The position numbers and the translations under genes are program-made. From positions 117,868-181,867 of the IMG/VR virus record IMGVR_UViG_3300017818_000007: a DNA stretch of 64,000 nt. One strand, written 5' to 3'. Within the stretch, counting starts at the first letter, position 1. Every line of letters starts with the position of its first letter. This document shows positions 38,035-47,328 of this stretch, in pieces. This DNA comes from a virus. The notes under the pieces were generated by a model that saw only the letters and a program-made list of their open reading frames with translations, was not told the origin of the DNA and did no database searches.

Positions 38035-38488
38035 ATTTTTCTCTCAAGTAAGTTTTGTTATCGACCCATTTGCCGTCTCTAATAAAGCCCCACTCTCTTA
38101 GTTTAGGGCCTGGTATAAAAAGTGTCCATACATCAGTATTAGGAGCCAACTCAATACGGTGGAGACTCCTAGGAGTGCTGATTCGAAAGTGCCCCGGCGA
38201 ACGCCAATGCTTTCCCGATACAGTATGCTCCCAATAACCGCCGCGAAGAATAAGTGTAAAATAGGGCCAAGGATGGTCGTGTAAATCATCTAAATCTCCT
38301 TTGTGAAACTTGTGTAAGAATACATTAAATGGAAACCATTTACGATCCTTTAAAAATAGGTAGTAGCGAGTTAGGTAAGGTTCGTTTTCATAACGATCCA
38401 TAATAACACGTTTTCGACCAATTAATTCTAACCAGTCTAAAAAATCAAAACCAGCAATCCATGAAAAGAATTTAAAACGGAATGTCAT
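38018..38488 (-). CDS. Cupin-like protein
   Basis: LHDHPW.Y.T.IL.GGY.E...HRIEL metal-binding cupin-type pattern. Confidence 0.5.
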   Translation of the reverse strand: MTFRFKFFSWIAGFDFLDWLELIGRKRVIMDRYENEPYLTRYYLFLKDRKWFPFNVFLHKFHKGDLDDLHDHPWPYFTLILRGGYWEHTVSGKHWRSPGHFRISTPRSLHRIELAPNTDVWTLFIPGPKLREWGFIRDGKWVDNKTYLREKYELEH

Positions 38489-38795
38489 CTGATCCTCCTG
38501 TTTCGTTGTCTTTATCTGCTTTAACCATGTTATAAACAGACATGAATTGATCCCAAAGTGTTTGACAAGTAGGATTAGACTTAACTAGATCTTCATCAAT
38601 ATATGTACCACCATTCCAACTCCAATCGTTGTTAGCATTGATAGTAAATGTTCCATCTGAAACATAATCGTCATTAGGGTAATCAGTACCAACTGAAACT
38701 GTGTATGACGGATTTGGAAAAGATACAGTTCCGCTTGGATACTCGTCTGTTGCTTCGCCTAATGTAATAGTGTATTGTTTATCATCATCGCCCAT
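38472..38795 (-). CDS. Hypothetical protein (107 aa)
   Basis: Intact ORF in the operon. Confidence 0.5.
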   Translation of the reverse strand: MGDDDKQYTITLGEATDEYPSGTVSFPNPSYTVSVGTDYPNDDYVSDGTFTINANNDWSWNGGTYIDEDLVKSNPTCQTLWDQFMSVYNMVKADKDNETGGSDDIPF

Positions 38796-38797
38796 AA

Positions 38798-39484
38798 TTA
38801 CCTCGGAGCAAATTCCTGTTGTAATTTAATATTATCCATAAACTCTTTTTTAGTTCCTGGATCATCTTTAAAACTACCTTTTAGTACAGTTGTTTGTGTA
38901 AGTGAACTATGTGCCATAATGCCACGGTTCTCACAACAACCGTGTGTTGCTTGAATGTAAACACCTAAGTGTTTTGCATCTGTAGCCTTTTCAATTTCAC
39001 GTGCAATATCATTTGCAAGTTCTTCTTGTAGTGTACCACGTCTAGCACACCATTGTGCAATGCGTGTATATTTAGAAAGTCCAATAACTTTACCATTAGG
39101 AATAACACCAATGTATGCTACACCAGTCACTGGTTGGTGGTGATGTGAACAAACACTTTTAAGTTCAGAACGAACTACAAGCATACCTTTATATGCATCT
39201 TCGCCGTCGTTTGGAAATGCAGTTGCTGGCGGAATAGTATCATAACGACCTTGCATAAGTTCATTGTAATACATTTTAGCAAGTCGTCGTGCTGTACCTT
39301 GTGAGTTAGGATCGTTATGACGATCAATAATTAGTGCATCTAGTACACCTTCAAACTTTTCAGCGGCTTCATTAATTAATTCTTCTTTTTCACCATCTTG
39401 GATAAAAGCAGAAATATTGTCGCCTGCCCAATATCGTTTGTTTGCTTCTTTTAATCTTTGCGTTATTTCAGCATATTTTTTCAT
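38798..39484 (-). CDS. folE: GTP cyclohydrolase I
   Basis: SVCSHHHQP, GLSKYTRI, LQEELA, ATHGCC..RG. Confidence 0.95.
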   Translation of the reverse strand: MKKYAEITQRLKEANKRYWAGDNISAFIQDGEKEELINEAAEKFEGVLDALIIDRHNDPNSQGTARRLAKMYYNELMQGRYDTIPPATAFPNDGEDAYKGMLVVRSELKSVCSHHHQPVTGVAYIGVIPNGKVIGLSKYTRIAQWCARRGTLQEELANDIAREIEKATDAKHLGVYIQATHGCCENRGIMAHSSLTQTTVLKGSFKDDPGTKKEFMDNIKLQQEFAPR

Positions 39485-39498
39485 TTTTTTCTCCGAGT

Positions 39499-40617
39499 TT
39501 AAGACGTGGATGTCTTTTCATTATATAAGTTTACAGTCTTTTTAATATTATTGCAACTAAAATAATCATCATTTAGAAAATTAACTAGTCTATCTAATGC
39601 AACTTCATGTTTTTTAAAGTCATTCATTACCCAATGAATTTTTTCAATTATCTTATCTTTGTTTGCAATATAACTATCCCATGATTCAGTCCATTCACTA
39701 GGGTATTTGAAATAGTCATCATACATTTCTGTATAACTTAATCTATCAGGTATAAGTGGAAACGCATTTACAATAGCACCTTCGTATGCACTGATACCTA
39801 AAGTTTCTTGTAGGTTAGCACTAAAGACCATTTTTGCTTCACCTAACAAATTATGATATTCAACTTTGCTTAGTCTTTGATCTTGACAAACTACAAATTC
39901 ATAATCACTTTGTAGTTCTTCTTTTAAATCTCTAAAAATTTCTGGTTGTTTTTCAGGAGCAACTCTATGAGGGAAAAGAATTAAGTTTTTCTTTTTCATT
40001 CCTTTATAAGGATATAGTGTGTTCTTAAGATATTCCATAGGCCAACCTGATCTTACAATTTTTTTATCTTTAATGTAAGAATCGTTAGCACAATTCATAT
40101 CAACACCTAACAACGTTTCACAAAACATCTTAATATGAAAGTCACTAGCAAAATAGTTATGATCAAAAGCATGGAAAAAACTTTTTTCTGCGTGTCTTAC
40201 CCATGGTTTATCTCCAACTAATCTTCCTAAGAAATCTGCAGGATCATAACTGCCGGCGTGCCATAATCCGTGTGTTATGACATCAATGCCTAACAGTTCT
40301 GCCATATACTTTACATTAAGTATGCCAGGATGCCACGCATCTGTAAACAGTATATGATCCCCAGATTTAATTTTGCCTTTAGTAAAGGCTTTTGCAATTT
40401 TCTCTATCTGAGTTGATTTGTAAATGTTAGTACCACCAAAGTTTAAAAACGCACCTGGTGTAGTTGCATCTGGAATATCGTCACTACCTTCTACAACTTC
40501 AACTTCAATTGGATTAAACAATGATCCTTTAGAAAGAATTTTAGGTACGTGAACTTTCCATTCACTTGTGTATCTAGTTTCAACGCTTTCTAAATCTACT
40601 AACCAAATCTTACTCAT
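39499..40617 (-). CDS. GT-B fold glycosyltransferase
   Basis: LFPHRVAPEKQPEIF, QETLGISAYEG (ExxG-like motif), P.RLSY.EMY. Confidence 0.75.
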   Translation of the reverse strand: MSKIWLVDLESVETRYTSEWKVHVPKILSKGSLFNPIEVEVVEGSDDIPDATTPGAFLNFGGTNIYKSTQIEKIAKAFTKGKIKSGDHILFTDAWHPGILNVKYMAELLGIDVITHGLWHAGSYDPADFLGRLVGDKPWVRHAEKSFFHAFDHNYFASDFHIKMFCETLLGVDMNCANDSYIKDKKIVRSGWPMEYLKNTLYPYKGMKKKNLILFPHRVAPEKQPEIFRDLKEELQSDYEFVVCQDQRLSKVEYHNLLGEAKMVFSANLQETLGISAYEGAIVNAFPLIPDRLSYTEMYDDYFKYPSEWTESWDSYIANKDKIIEKIHWVMNDFKKHEVALDRLVNFLNDDYFSCNNIKKTVNLYNEKTSTS

Positions 40618-40848
40618 TTAGTTCCTCTGCCTATTCTTTCCATGAGCATAGCGTTTTCTAATTCGATTTTTAAATCGATTATACTGTTGCCATACATGGC
40701 TTTGATTGTTATAGAGGTCTGCCTCGTTAAAGACATAACTCTGTCGATCTCCGCGAACCCAACTGTTCACGCACCAATCCTTGTATGATTCAAGGTCTTT
40801 AAAGATCTTTACGATCTCCGGATGGTCTGCAAAATATGACACTATCAT
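40618..40848 (-). CDS. Hypothetical protein (76 aa)
   Basis: Abuts the glycosyltransferase gene. Confidence 0.5.
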   Translation of the reverse strand: MIVSYFADHPEIVKIFKDLESYKDWCVNSWVRGDRQSYVFNEADLYNNQSHVWQQYNRFKNRIRKRYAHGKNRQRN

Positions 40849-40853
40849 CTCCT

Positions 40854-41297
40854 TTAATATTTTGCGTACTCGATGTGGGCACCGTTTTCTCCATCTTCAC
40901 TAACGTCGATGTGAACTTCTCTGCCCGGGTGTTTAGCAATAATCTGGTTGTATAGATCATCGCAAATCATTTCACAACTCTTATAATCTAGTTCAAGGGT
41001 CTTCTCCTCGTAAAGTTTTTCTAACCAACGTTTAAATTGAATAAATTCGATATCACGATCGTTGTGTGTCACAGTAATACCGACTTTGAAATGGAATATG
41101 TGTCTGTGGGGATATCCCAAAAATGAAACATCATATTCATCACCTGTTGCAAGACTAGGATCATCTAGTGCCGCAGGATACTTGTGGATACCTTCCTTAC
41201 GGAAAGTCACCCAAATCATACGTTTTGCAGTTCGCATGATTTTTTCGTGTGTTTCTTGAGCCATTGCTTCCTTCATCATGTTATCAGTTATACTCAT
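40854..41297 (-). CDS. queD: QueD-like T-fold protein (CPH4 synthase-like)
   Basis: HRHIFHF...HNDRDIEF...KSCEM...VSEDGENG; lies between dpdA and folE. Confidence 0.7.
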   Translation of the reverse strand: MSITDNMMKEAMAQETHEKIMRTAKRMIWVTFRKEGIHKYPAALDDPSLATGDEYDVSFLGYPHRHIFHFKVGITVTHNDRDIEFIQFKRWLEKLYEEKTLELDYKSCEMICDDLYNQIIAKHPGREVHIDVSEDGENGAHIEYAKY

Positions 41298-41326
41298 ATT
41301 ATAGTGCCTTTCAGTGCTGTTGTCAA
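41298..41326 (-). promoter_or_regulatory. Consensus sigma70 promoter for the queD-like/GT/folE operon
   Basis: TTGACA-17 nt-TATAAT. Confidence 0.85.
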
Positions 41327-41327
41327 G

Positions 41328-41831
41328 TTAATCTTTAGGTTCATCGTCGCCATATTTGCTCCAATCTGTGAACTTATCACGTTCTAGTAAATTGTGTACA
41401 GGTTGAATCCAAACACCCGGATTGGAATGATTAAAATCAGCATCGTCAATTTTCATACAAGCATTGTAGTTTAATTGATTTACATAAGGAAGTTTTACGG
41501 ACATTAAACTAATAAATTTATTGCGTTCATTAAATCCGTTTTCTAATATCCATTCGTGATACTTAACATCATAGTCTAAAGTCACCCAATAGTTTTTATC
41601 AAGTAAACCGTATACCAGTCCTTCCCAATCTTCTTTTGGAACAAAACTATGATTAGCACCTAGATAAATGTGGTCAACGTGATTCTCTTTTGCTTTATCT
41701 AGCACTTCTTCTAGTGGACGACATCCTACCACAAACAGTGTGTCCATATCGTATGCTGGTGTTTTTTCAACTTCGTACCCTGTAAAGTACATTACATCAT
41801 CTTTTACACCATCTGCATAATCACGTTTCAT
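41328..41831 (-). CDS. Conserved hypothetical protein (167 aa) downstream of dpdA
   Basis: Intact ORF, ATGA-coupled. Confidence 0.6.
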   Translation of the reverse strand: MKRDYADGVKDDVMYFTGYEVEKTPAYDMDTLFVVGCRPLEEVLDKAKENHVDHIYLGANHSFVPKEDWEGLVYGLLDKNYWVTLDYDVKYHEWILENGFNERNKFISLMSVKLPYVNQLNYNACMKIDDADFNHSNPGVWIQPVHNLLERDKFTDWSKYGDDEPKD

Positions 41832-42013
41832 TTTGTTAGCCTATCAATTTGATCTTTAATATAAAGTTTTGTTTTCTTTAATTTTAATAAAAGTGACTTA
41901 TGACCAAAGTCTCTATATATACTACGCTCTTTTTCTAACTCGTCAACCTTTTTTGAATAGTATTCGTGTTCTTTGGTTAACTTTTTTACAGTTTTGTTTT
42001 TTATTTTTGACAT
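41828..42013 (-). CDS. Small coiled-coil protein (DUF465-like, 61 aa)
   Basis: H....KVDELEK...LKLKK.KL.IKDQI. Confidence 0.45.
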   Translation of the reverse strand: MSKIKNKTVKKLTKEHEYYSKKVDELEKERSIYRDFGHKSLLLKLKKTKLYIKDQIDRLTK

Positions 42014-43470
42014 TATGCCTCCTCAAATAAGTTCGCATATTGCGTACTTGCGTTTACAGTTTTTTTACCCGTTGCTCCCCTAGTGCCGATAATTGACATC
42101 CAGAATCTACTAAACTCTTCTATGATCGCATTCGCTTCGTCTCTGTTGTCAGTTGCAAATATCGCTTCCACAACATCTTTAAAAAATAACCTGTCAAAAC
42201 GTTCTTCGACAAGCATCGCTGGAATTCTACCTGCGTCATATTCTCTGTTGGCTTCTTGTACTGCATTAATGTGACTCCATACGTTATGACCCATTTGGAT
42301 CGCATAAGAAAAACTATCCCATGATGTTTTTCCTTCTTTGCCTATTTTATTTAGGTCGCCTGGCGCATAGATACAAATATCTTTTGCACTTAGTCCTTGT
42401 GTAATTGGCGAATCTTTAAAACTAGTGTGTTTGCCTTCACGTACAAATGCTTGACCAAATGGTGTTGTATCAGTTGCTAAAGCCTTGTCGTCAATGCTGG
42501 GTACCATTCTGTATACCCATTTACTTCTGTCTTGTGTTTCAAGTTCACAATAGATTTGACCATTTGCTGTTGCTAGGAACGGACTAGCACAGTCAAATGT
42601 AATCGTAAAGTTTTCATTGTGATACTTGCGAACTGCTCTTTGAATATCAGTTAAGAGCGTTGCCCACTCTAGTTTACTTGTGCCTAAGAAGTGCATAAAG
42701 TCATGTATTCCTTTTTCAAGCAATCCATCAAAACGTAATGCTACTAATCTTTTAAGAACAAGGTGTACGTCACACATATTTTGTCCACCCATCGACCATC
42801 CATTAAAGTGTGTGTCTGGATATTTCTTAGGATCACAGTAGTCCTTCATCTGCTGATACCAATCTTCTGCATCAGCATGATTTTCACCTTGTAGTACGTT
42901 TAAGAATTTACAAGCACCTGTACGATTCTTCATAAAGTAGTCGTTGTTAATGCGTGTGGCATTTACTGCTTCTTGATAAGTTGTAATGCCTGTTGCTTTT
43001 TGACCTGCTTCAGATCTAGATACCCAAGCAGGAATATCAAGGATCATACCATAGTCCATATAAGCATCCATCCACGCAAGAACTTGCTCACGTTTCTTTT
43101 GTGCTTTAGGACAGTTAGGATCTTTCCAATCACCTTCCCATACGCCTTTACCAATCTGGAAACCACCTGAATCACCTAACAGCCAACTATTCTCACGATC
43201 ACGTTCACGCACCATAAGTTCTTTAGGTGCGTCCTTGTTTATATCAAGTTCTGCGTGTCCTGCCGAATATAATGTCCAATGATATTGAAAGATACCTTTT
43301 TGACGATTAAGCCAATTAAGACCTTCCATATCGTTATTAGGAAAAGGAATACGTGACTTATCTACATATTCTTCGCGACGTTGCTTACCAATAAACGTAG
43401 CATAGAAGCCACTAAGTGCCGGAAGATATATTGCGTAGTCCTTTTGTTCTGCTGTTAAGTCAGTTCTCAA
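42013..43470 (-). CDS. dpdA: TGT-like deoxyguanine transglycosylase (DpdA, probably DpdA2-type)
   Basis: LGDSGGFQI, MILDIP, FLNVLQG, GW.MGG, HFLGTS, TFDCASP TGT-fold motifs; neighbours queD-like, folE and queE. Confidence 0.82.
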   Translation of the reverse strand: MRTDLTAEQKDYAIYLPALSGFYATFIGKQRREEYVDKSRIPFPNNDMEGLNWLNRQKGIFQYHWTLYSAGHAELDINKDAPKELMVRERDRENSWLLGDSGGFQIGKGVWEGDWKDPNCPKAQKKREQVLAWMDAYMDYGMILDIPAWVSRSEAGQKATGITTYQEAVNATRINNDYFMKNRTGACKFLNVLQGENHADAEDWYQQMKDYCDPKKYPDTHFNGWSMGGQNMCDVHLVLKRLVALRFDGLLEKGIHDFMHFLGTSKLEWATLLTDIQRAVRKYHNENFTITFDCASPFLATANGQIYCELETQDRSKWVYRMVPSIDDKALATDTTPFGQAFVREGKHTSFKDSPITQGLSAKDICIYAPGDLNKIGKEGKTSWDSFSYAIQMGHNVWSHINAVQEANREYDAGRIPAMLVEERFDRLFFKDVVEAIFATDNRDEANAIIEEFSRFWMSIIGTRGATGKKTVNASTQYANLFEEA

Positions 43471-43480
43471 AATTTATCTC

Positions 43481-44212
43481 CTACTTACTTTGTGCAGGCA
43501 AAATGTATTCATAACTTGCTAAACCGCTATCAACAGCAATTTGCATTGCACCTTGATCTGAAATACGCATTGTCTTATCACCATCAAGATTTAAAATAGC
43601 CATAGTTTGTGCTACTGGCCATGCCCATTCATTTTTAAGTGAACCTGTAATACCTGGCTGGAATACAAATTCGCCGGCGTGTGTACTTGCATCACCAAAC
43701 TTAAACTTAAGGTCAGTACCATCTGTAATTACAGTAAACACAGTTTCTTCTGCGTTTGCAGTTGCCTGTAATTTAAAACGTTGGATACTAGCCATTGTAG
43801 GTTGTACTTCAACGTCCCACTGAGCACCTTTAAACTTAACAGTCTTAAGTTTTTCGTTAATAATTTCTGCGTTCATAAAACGATAATCGTTTTTAAAATC
43901 ACCAGCGGCATTTTCAAAGTGAATACCTACTGGAATAGTTTGACCATTTCTGTCTGCTTGTACAACATCAATAGTTGCACCGTCTTTATACTCTGGACAT
44001 TTTAAATGCACATCTAGTTTATTTAGGTTAGGCATACCAAATGTACCCTTCATTTCTACTTGAGCATTTTTAGTATTTGCCTGCATGATTACAGAGCGAT
44101 CCTCTGCCATGCTGTCGATGCCTGTTTGTACATCATCGCCGTTTACCTTAACAATGTTAAGAAAACCTAGTGCGTGTGTATGTGCTACAATGTCTTGCAA
44201 TATGTCTTTCAT
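43481..44212 (-). CDS. DNA polymerase sliding clamp-like protein
   Basis: 243 aa, adjacent to the family B polymerase, C-terminal YEYILPA as in clamp-like proteins. Confidence 0.65.
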   Translation of the reverse strand: MKDILQDIVAHTHALGFLNIVKVNGDDVQTGIDSMAEDRSVIMQANTKNAQVEMKGTFGMPNLNKLDVHLKCPEYKDGATIDVVQADRNGQTIPVGIHFENAAGDFKNDYRFMNAEIINEKLKTVKFKGAQWDVEVQPTMASIQRFKLQATANAEETVFTVITDGTDLKFKFGDASTHAGEFVFQPGITGSLKNEWAWPVAQTMAILNLDGDKTMRISDQGAMQIAVDSGLASYEYILPAQSK

Positions 44213-44235
44213 GTTTTTCTCCGTTCCTTATACAT

Positions 44236-44264
44236 ATTATACTTAAAAAATCATTCAAAGTCAA
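44236..44264 (-). promoter_or_regulatory. sigma70 promoter for the clamp/dpdA operon
   Basis: TTGACT-17 nt-TATAAT overlapping the polymerase 3' end. Confidence 0.75.
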
Positions 44265-46923
44265 ATAAATTGTTGAATGTATTCTTCTGTTCGGTTGATT
44301 TAATATCCCAATCCAAAACGCCTAACAAGTTGCCTAGTTTGTTATCAATAATAACTGATTCCATTTCGTCATCGTTAAACGGAAGTTCTTGAAACCAGGG
44401 TGGTATTCTTAGTTCGTCTGTAGGATATGCAACCGAGGTATATCCCATTGGATTGTTCTTTAGTTTACAAACGATAACTTTCATACCATCAACGATATTC
44501 ATTGAATAGTTGTCACCGTTCATCTCCTTTAGTTTGTTCCAGTTAATACTTGCTCTTACGTGACCAGGCATATTAACTTTACCAAATTTTCTTTCTTTAG
44601 CAAGATAGTCTGTGATGTTGTTTGCACGTTTTGGAGAACCTTTTTCCCAACCAGGTCTTGCTTTAAATTGTGTGCGGAAGTCTGTAATTTTATCAAGAAT
44701 TTCTGGTTCTTGGGCACCAGTTAGCACAGCCAATAATATCTCACTTAAAAAGTCCTGCATAAACACAGGAGTATCACTACGTTTAAGATCAAGACCCATT
44801 GCTTTTACTTTACCTGGTTTACCGTCAACGTCCATTCTTGCACCTTCATTATCATAGATAAGAATTGCATAACGTTTCTTTGTGATGAATAATCCTTTTT
44901 CACCAACAACTTCTCTACCAGCGGCAATAACACCTGTGCTTCTTGGTTTAGGACAATGAAACGCATCACTCATAAACTGTGGAAACGATTTGTTTGCTTC
45001 GTCACAAATTTGATCATATAGTGCAATGATACTATCTTTATCCCACGGAATATCGCCTTTTTCAATTTCAGGACGTAAACTTGTGTAAGCACTAAAATAA
45101 CAAGAGTCAGTATCACCGTAAATAATTGCTTTGCCTACGTGATCGTAATCACCTGTAATAATTTCATTAACTCTTGATGACATATGTTTAACAATGGCTC
45201 TACCTGTTAGTGTAGTACTCTGCCCAATACGTGGATCAAAAAAGCGACAACCAGGATTAAGAATAGCACCATAAAGAGAGTTAAGATTAATCTTCTTAAC
45301 CAATTGTCGTTTATCCCAAAATGCTTCTTCAACTTTATTTCCTGCTTCTTGTGCTTGGCGTTTCTTTGCCTGCATTTCTTTACGTTCTGCATACCAACGC
45401 TTTAACAGTCCTGGAATAATACCATCATATTCTGTAGTAAAGATAGTACCGTTAGCACTTAACATCCACGGCTGATTACTTTCAAATATTAATCTATAAA
45501 CTTCTGCCGCACTCATTACATCTTCTTCACCGTTTTCCCATACAACAGTAATTTGTTTGTCTTTACGTTCTTCCATGACAAACTCATATTCAAGACTTCC
45601 AAAGCGACCTTCCCACGCTGACGCAAATGACTTTTTCTTAAGAGTCATTTCATTACGTACCATTTCTTCAGTATATTCTGGCTTCAGTTGTCCTACAACA
45701 GTTGCTGGATCCATATTAAGTGATCTAATAACAGATGGATACAGTGAGTTCAAGTCCATTGAGCCGATCCAATCGTGCAATCCTTTTTTAGGATATGCAA
45801 CATACGCACCAGCCGCAGGCTCTGAACCTGGCTCTCTGTGTACTCTATTAGGAACAACAAAACCTCTATGGTGTGCTTCGTTAATAATTGCTTGTTCTGT
45901 CACAGCAACAGCACCCATTGTTGTTGGCAACAATACAGTGTTTGCGTGTGCAAGTTCGTTTGCAAGATCAATAAACTTTAACTTTTTGTCAAGTTTATCG
46001 AGTAGTGCAACGTCTTGCCTGTTATATTCGATGAATGTTTTAAAGTCATTGTTGTATAACTGATCAAGTGTGCCTTCGTAAACAGTTTTACGTTCGCCTA
46101 CTTCCATTTCACCAATAGCATCTAGTCGATATGTGTGGCGTTCTTCGTATGTGTACTTACGATATAATTCTAAACTATCTAAGTGTTGTCTTCCTACAAG
46201 GTCGTATGTTTCTTGCTCACGGCCAAACTTTTCATAAGTTCTTTTCTTTGGATATTGATCCCACAAGCAAAACCGCTTTGTATCTTCTTTTGAAAGTACA
46301 CGAGTAATACGGTTAACTGTGTAAGGAATATCATAACCTTCACTGTTCCAACCACTTAAGATATCTGCGTCTTGTATTAAGTCTAAGAACGTGTCAAGCA
46401 TTTCTGCTTCACTTTCAAACAAGTGTGTATTATCAAAATCTTTTACAGCAAATTTAGCATCTTCCATGCTCATACCTTTTGGAGGAAGTGCTAATGTAAT
46501 AAGACTATTCAACCATTGTAAGTGTACTGTAATTGCTGTAATGGCTGTAAATGGATCTTCAGGTGAACTATAACCACGTTCAGGATCAAAGTCAACCTCA
46601 ATATCGAAAAACGCAACGTGTAGTGTTGGAGCATCGATACCTAAATAATTTTCTTCAAGCAATCGATATACAGGATTAACATCTGCTTCAAATAGTCCGC
46701 GATGTTTGTTAATTTTTTGTTCTTTAAGGAAGTCTTTCCAACTTTTACATACTACTCTACTAACTGTATCGCCCATAGTAGACTTGTGCTTACCACGAGG
46801 ATCTTTATAATAGAATTGATATCTTGCTGGATATTCTCGGAAATCTCTTTCGCCGTTTTTATTACGTTCAACGACTTTGATAATATCTTTGTCTCTGTCC
46901 CACAGAGCATCTACATAACTCAT
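44251..46923 (-). CDS. Family B DNA polymerase with 3'-5' exonuclease
   Basis: FFDIE, GWNS.GYD, DLNSLYPS, KINLNSLYG and YGDTDS motifs; no intein-sized insertion. Confidence 0.97.
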   Translation of the reverse strand: MSYVDALWDRDKDIIKVVERNKNGERDFREYPARYQFYYKDPRGKHKSTMGDTVSRVVCKSWKDFLKEQKINKHRGLFEADVNPVYRLLEENYLGIDAPTLHVAFFDIEVDFDPERGYSSPEDPFTAITAITVHLQWLNSLITLALPPKGMSMEDAKFAVKDFDNTHLFESEAEMLDTFLDLIQDADILSGWNSEGYDIPYTVNRITRVLSKEDTKRFCLWDQYPKKRTYEKFGREQETYDLVGRQHLDSLELYRKYTYEERHTYRLDAIGEMEVGERKTVYEGTLDQLYNNDFKTFIEYNRQDVALLDKLDKKLKFIDLANELAHANTVLLPTTMGAVAVTEQAIINEAHHRGFVVPNRVHREPGSEPAAGAYVAYPKKGLHDWIGSMDLNSLYPSVIRSLNMDPATVVGQLKPEYTEEMVRNEMTLKKKSFASAWEGRFGSLEYEFVMEERKDKQITVVWENGEEDVMSAAEVYRLIFESNQPWMLSANGTIFTTEYDGIIPGLLKRWYAERKEMQAKKRQAQEAGNKVEEAFWDKRQLVKKINLNSLYGAILNPGCRFFDPRIGQSTTLTGRAIVKHMSSRVNEIITGDYDHVGKAIIYGDTDSCYFSAYTSLRPEIEKGDIPWDKDSIIALYDQICDEANKSFPQFMSDAFHCPKPRSTGVIAAGREVVGEKGLFITKKRYAILIYDNEGARMDVDGKPGKVKAMGLDLKRSDTPVFMQDFLSEILLAVLTGAQEPEILDKITDFRTQFKARPGWEKGSPKRANNITDYLAKERKFGKVNMPGHVRASINWNKLKEMNGDNYSMNIVDGMKVIVCKLKNNPMGYTSVAYPTDELRIPPWFQELPFNDDEMESVIIDNKLGNLLGVLDWDIKSTEQKNTFNNLFDFE

Positions 46924-46936
46924 TTATTCTCCTGTT

Positions 46937-46982
46937 TGTCACTTTCGGCTGACAATACCAAATTATGTTGCTTATGGCCAAC
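46937..46982 (-). promoter_or_regulatory. Two stem-loops in the DNA polymerase 5' leader (candidate translational operator)
   Basis: GTTG..8 nt..CAAC and TGTCA-GC-C-GAAA-G-TGACA hairpins directly 5' of the AGGAG RBS. Confidence 0.4.
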
Positions 46983-47009
46983 TGTACCTTCATCGTAGTA
47001 TTTATCGTA

Positions 47010-47279
47010 CTACTTTGCCTTGCGTTTTTTTCTGCCTTTTTTCTTTTTTTCTGGATCAGGTATTCCGTTTTCTTTTCTATATCTTTCTTTTAACTCTGCA
47101 TCAGTCCAGTGTGGTCTTCTATCTAATCCACCAGCACCTTGTGCCGCACCGGGTTCTAACTTTTGTATTTTACCGCCTTTAGCAAGAAATTCTTGCATTA
47201 ACTTATCTAATTTTTCTTGCTGTTCTTCTTTAGAGGGGCCATCTTTACCTTCGTAGTTCCTTCTAATGTCTATTGCCAT
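47010..47279 (-). CDS. Hypothetical basic protein (89 aa)
   Basis: AAGGAG RBS and its own promoter. Confidence 0.55.
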   Translation of the reverse strand: MAIDIRRNYEGKDGPSKEEQQEKLDKLMQEFLAKGGKIQKLEPGAAQGAGGLDRRPHWTDAELKERYRKENGIPDPEKKKKGRKKRKAK

Positions 47280-47299
47280 ATAACTCCTTAGTTAATAAC

Positions 47300-47328
47300 A
47301 ATATAACATTACTTCCATTCTTTGTCAA
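47300..47328 (-). promoter_or_regulatory. sigma70-type promoter
   Basis: TTGACA-17 nt-TATATT. Confidence 0.6.

Noticed and set aside
42013-43470. Calling the TGT-fold protein a tRNA-guanine transglycosylase for queuosine
   Set aside because: It lacks the CxCxxC zinc motif of bacterial Tgt, sits beside the clamp and polymerase, and fits the DNA-acting DpdA family better
44251-46923. Intein or group I intron in DNA polymerase, thyX or other enzymes
   Set aside because: ORFs are continuous and of ordinary length, with no splicing or homing-endonuclease motifs recognised
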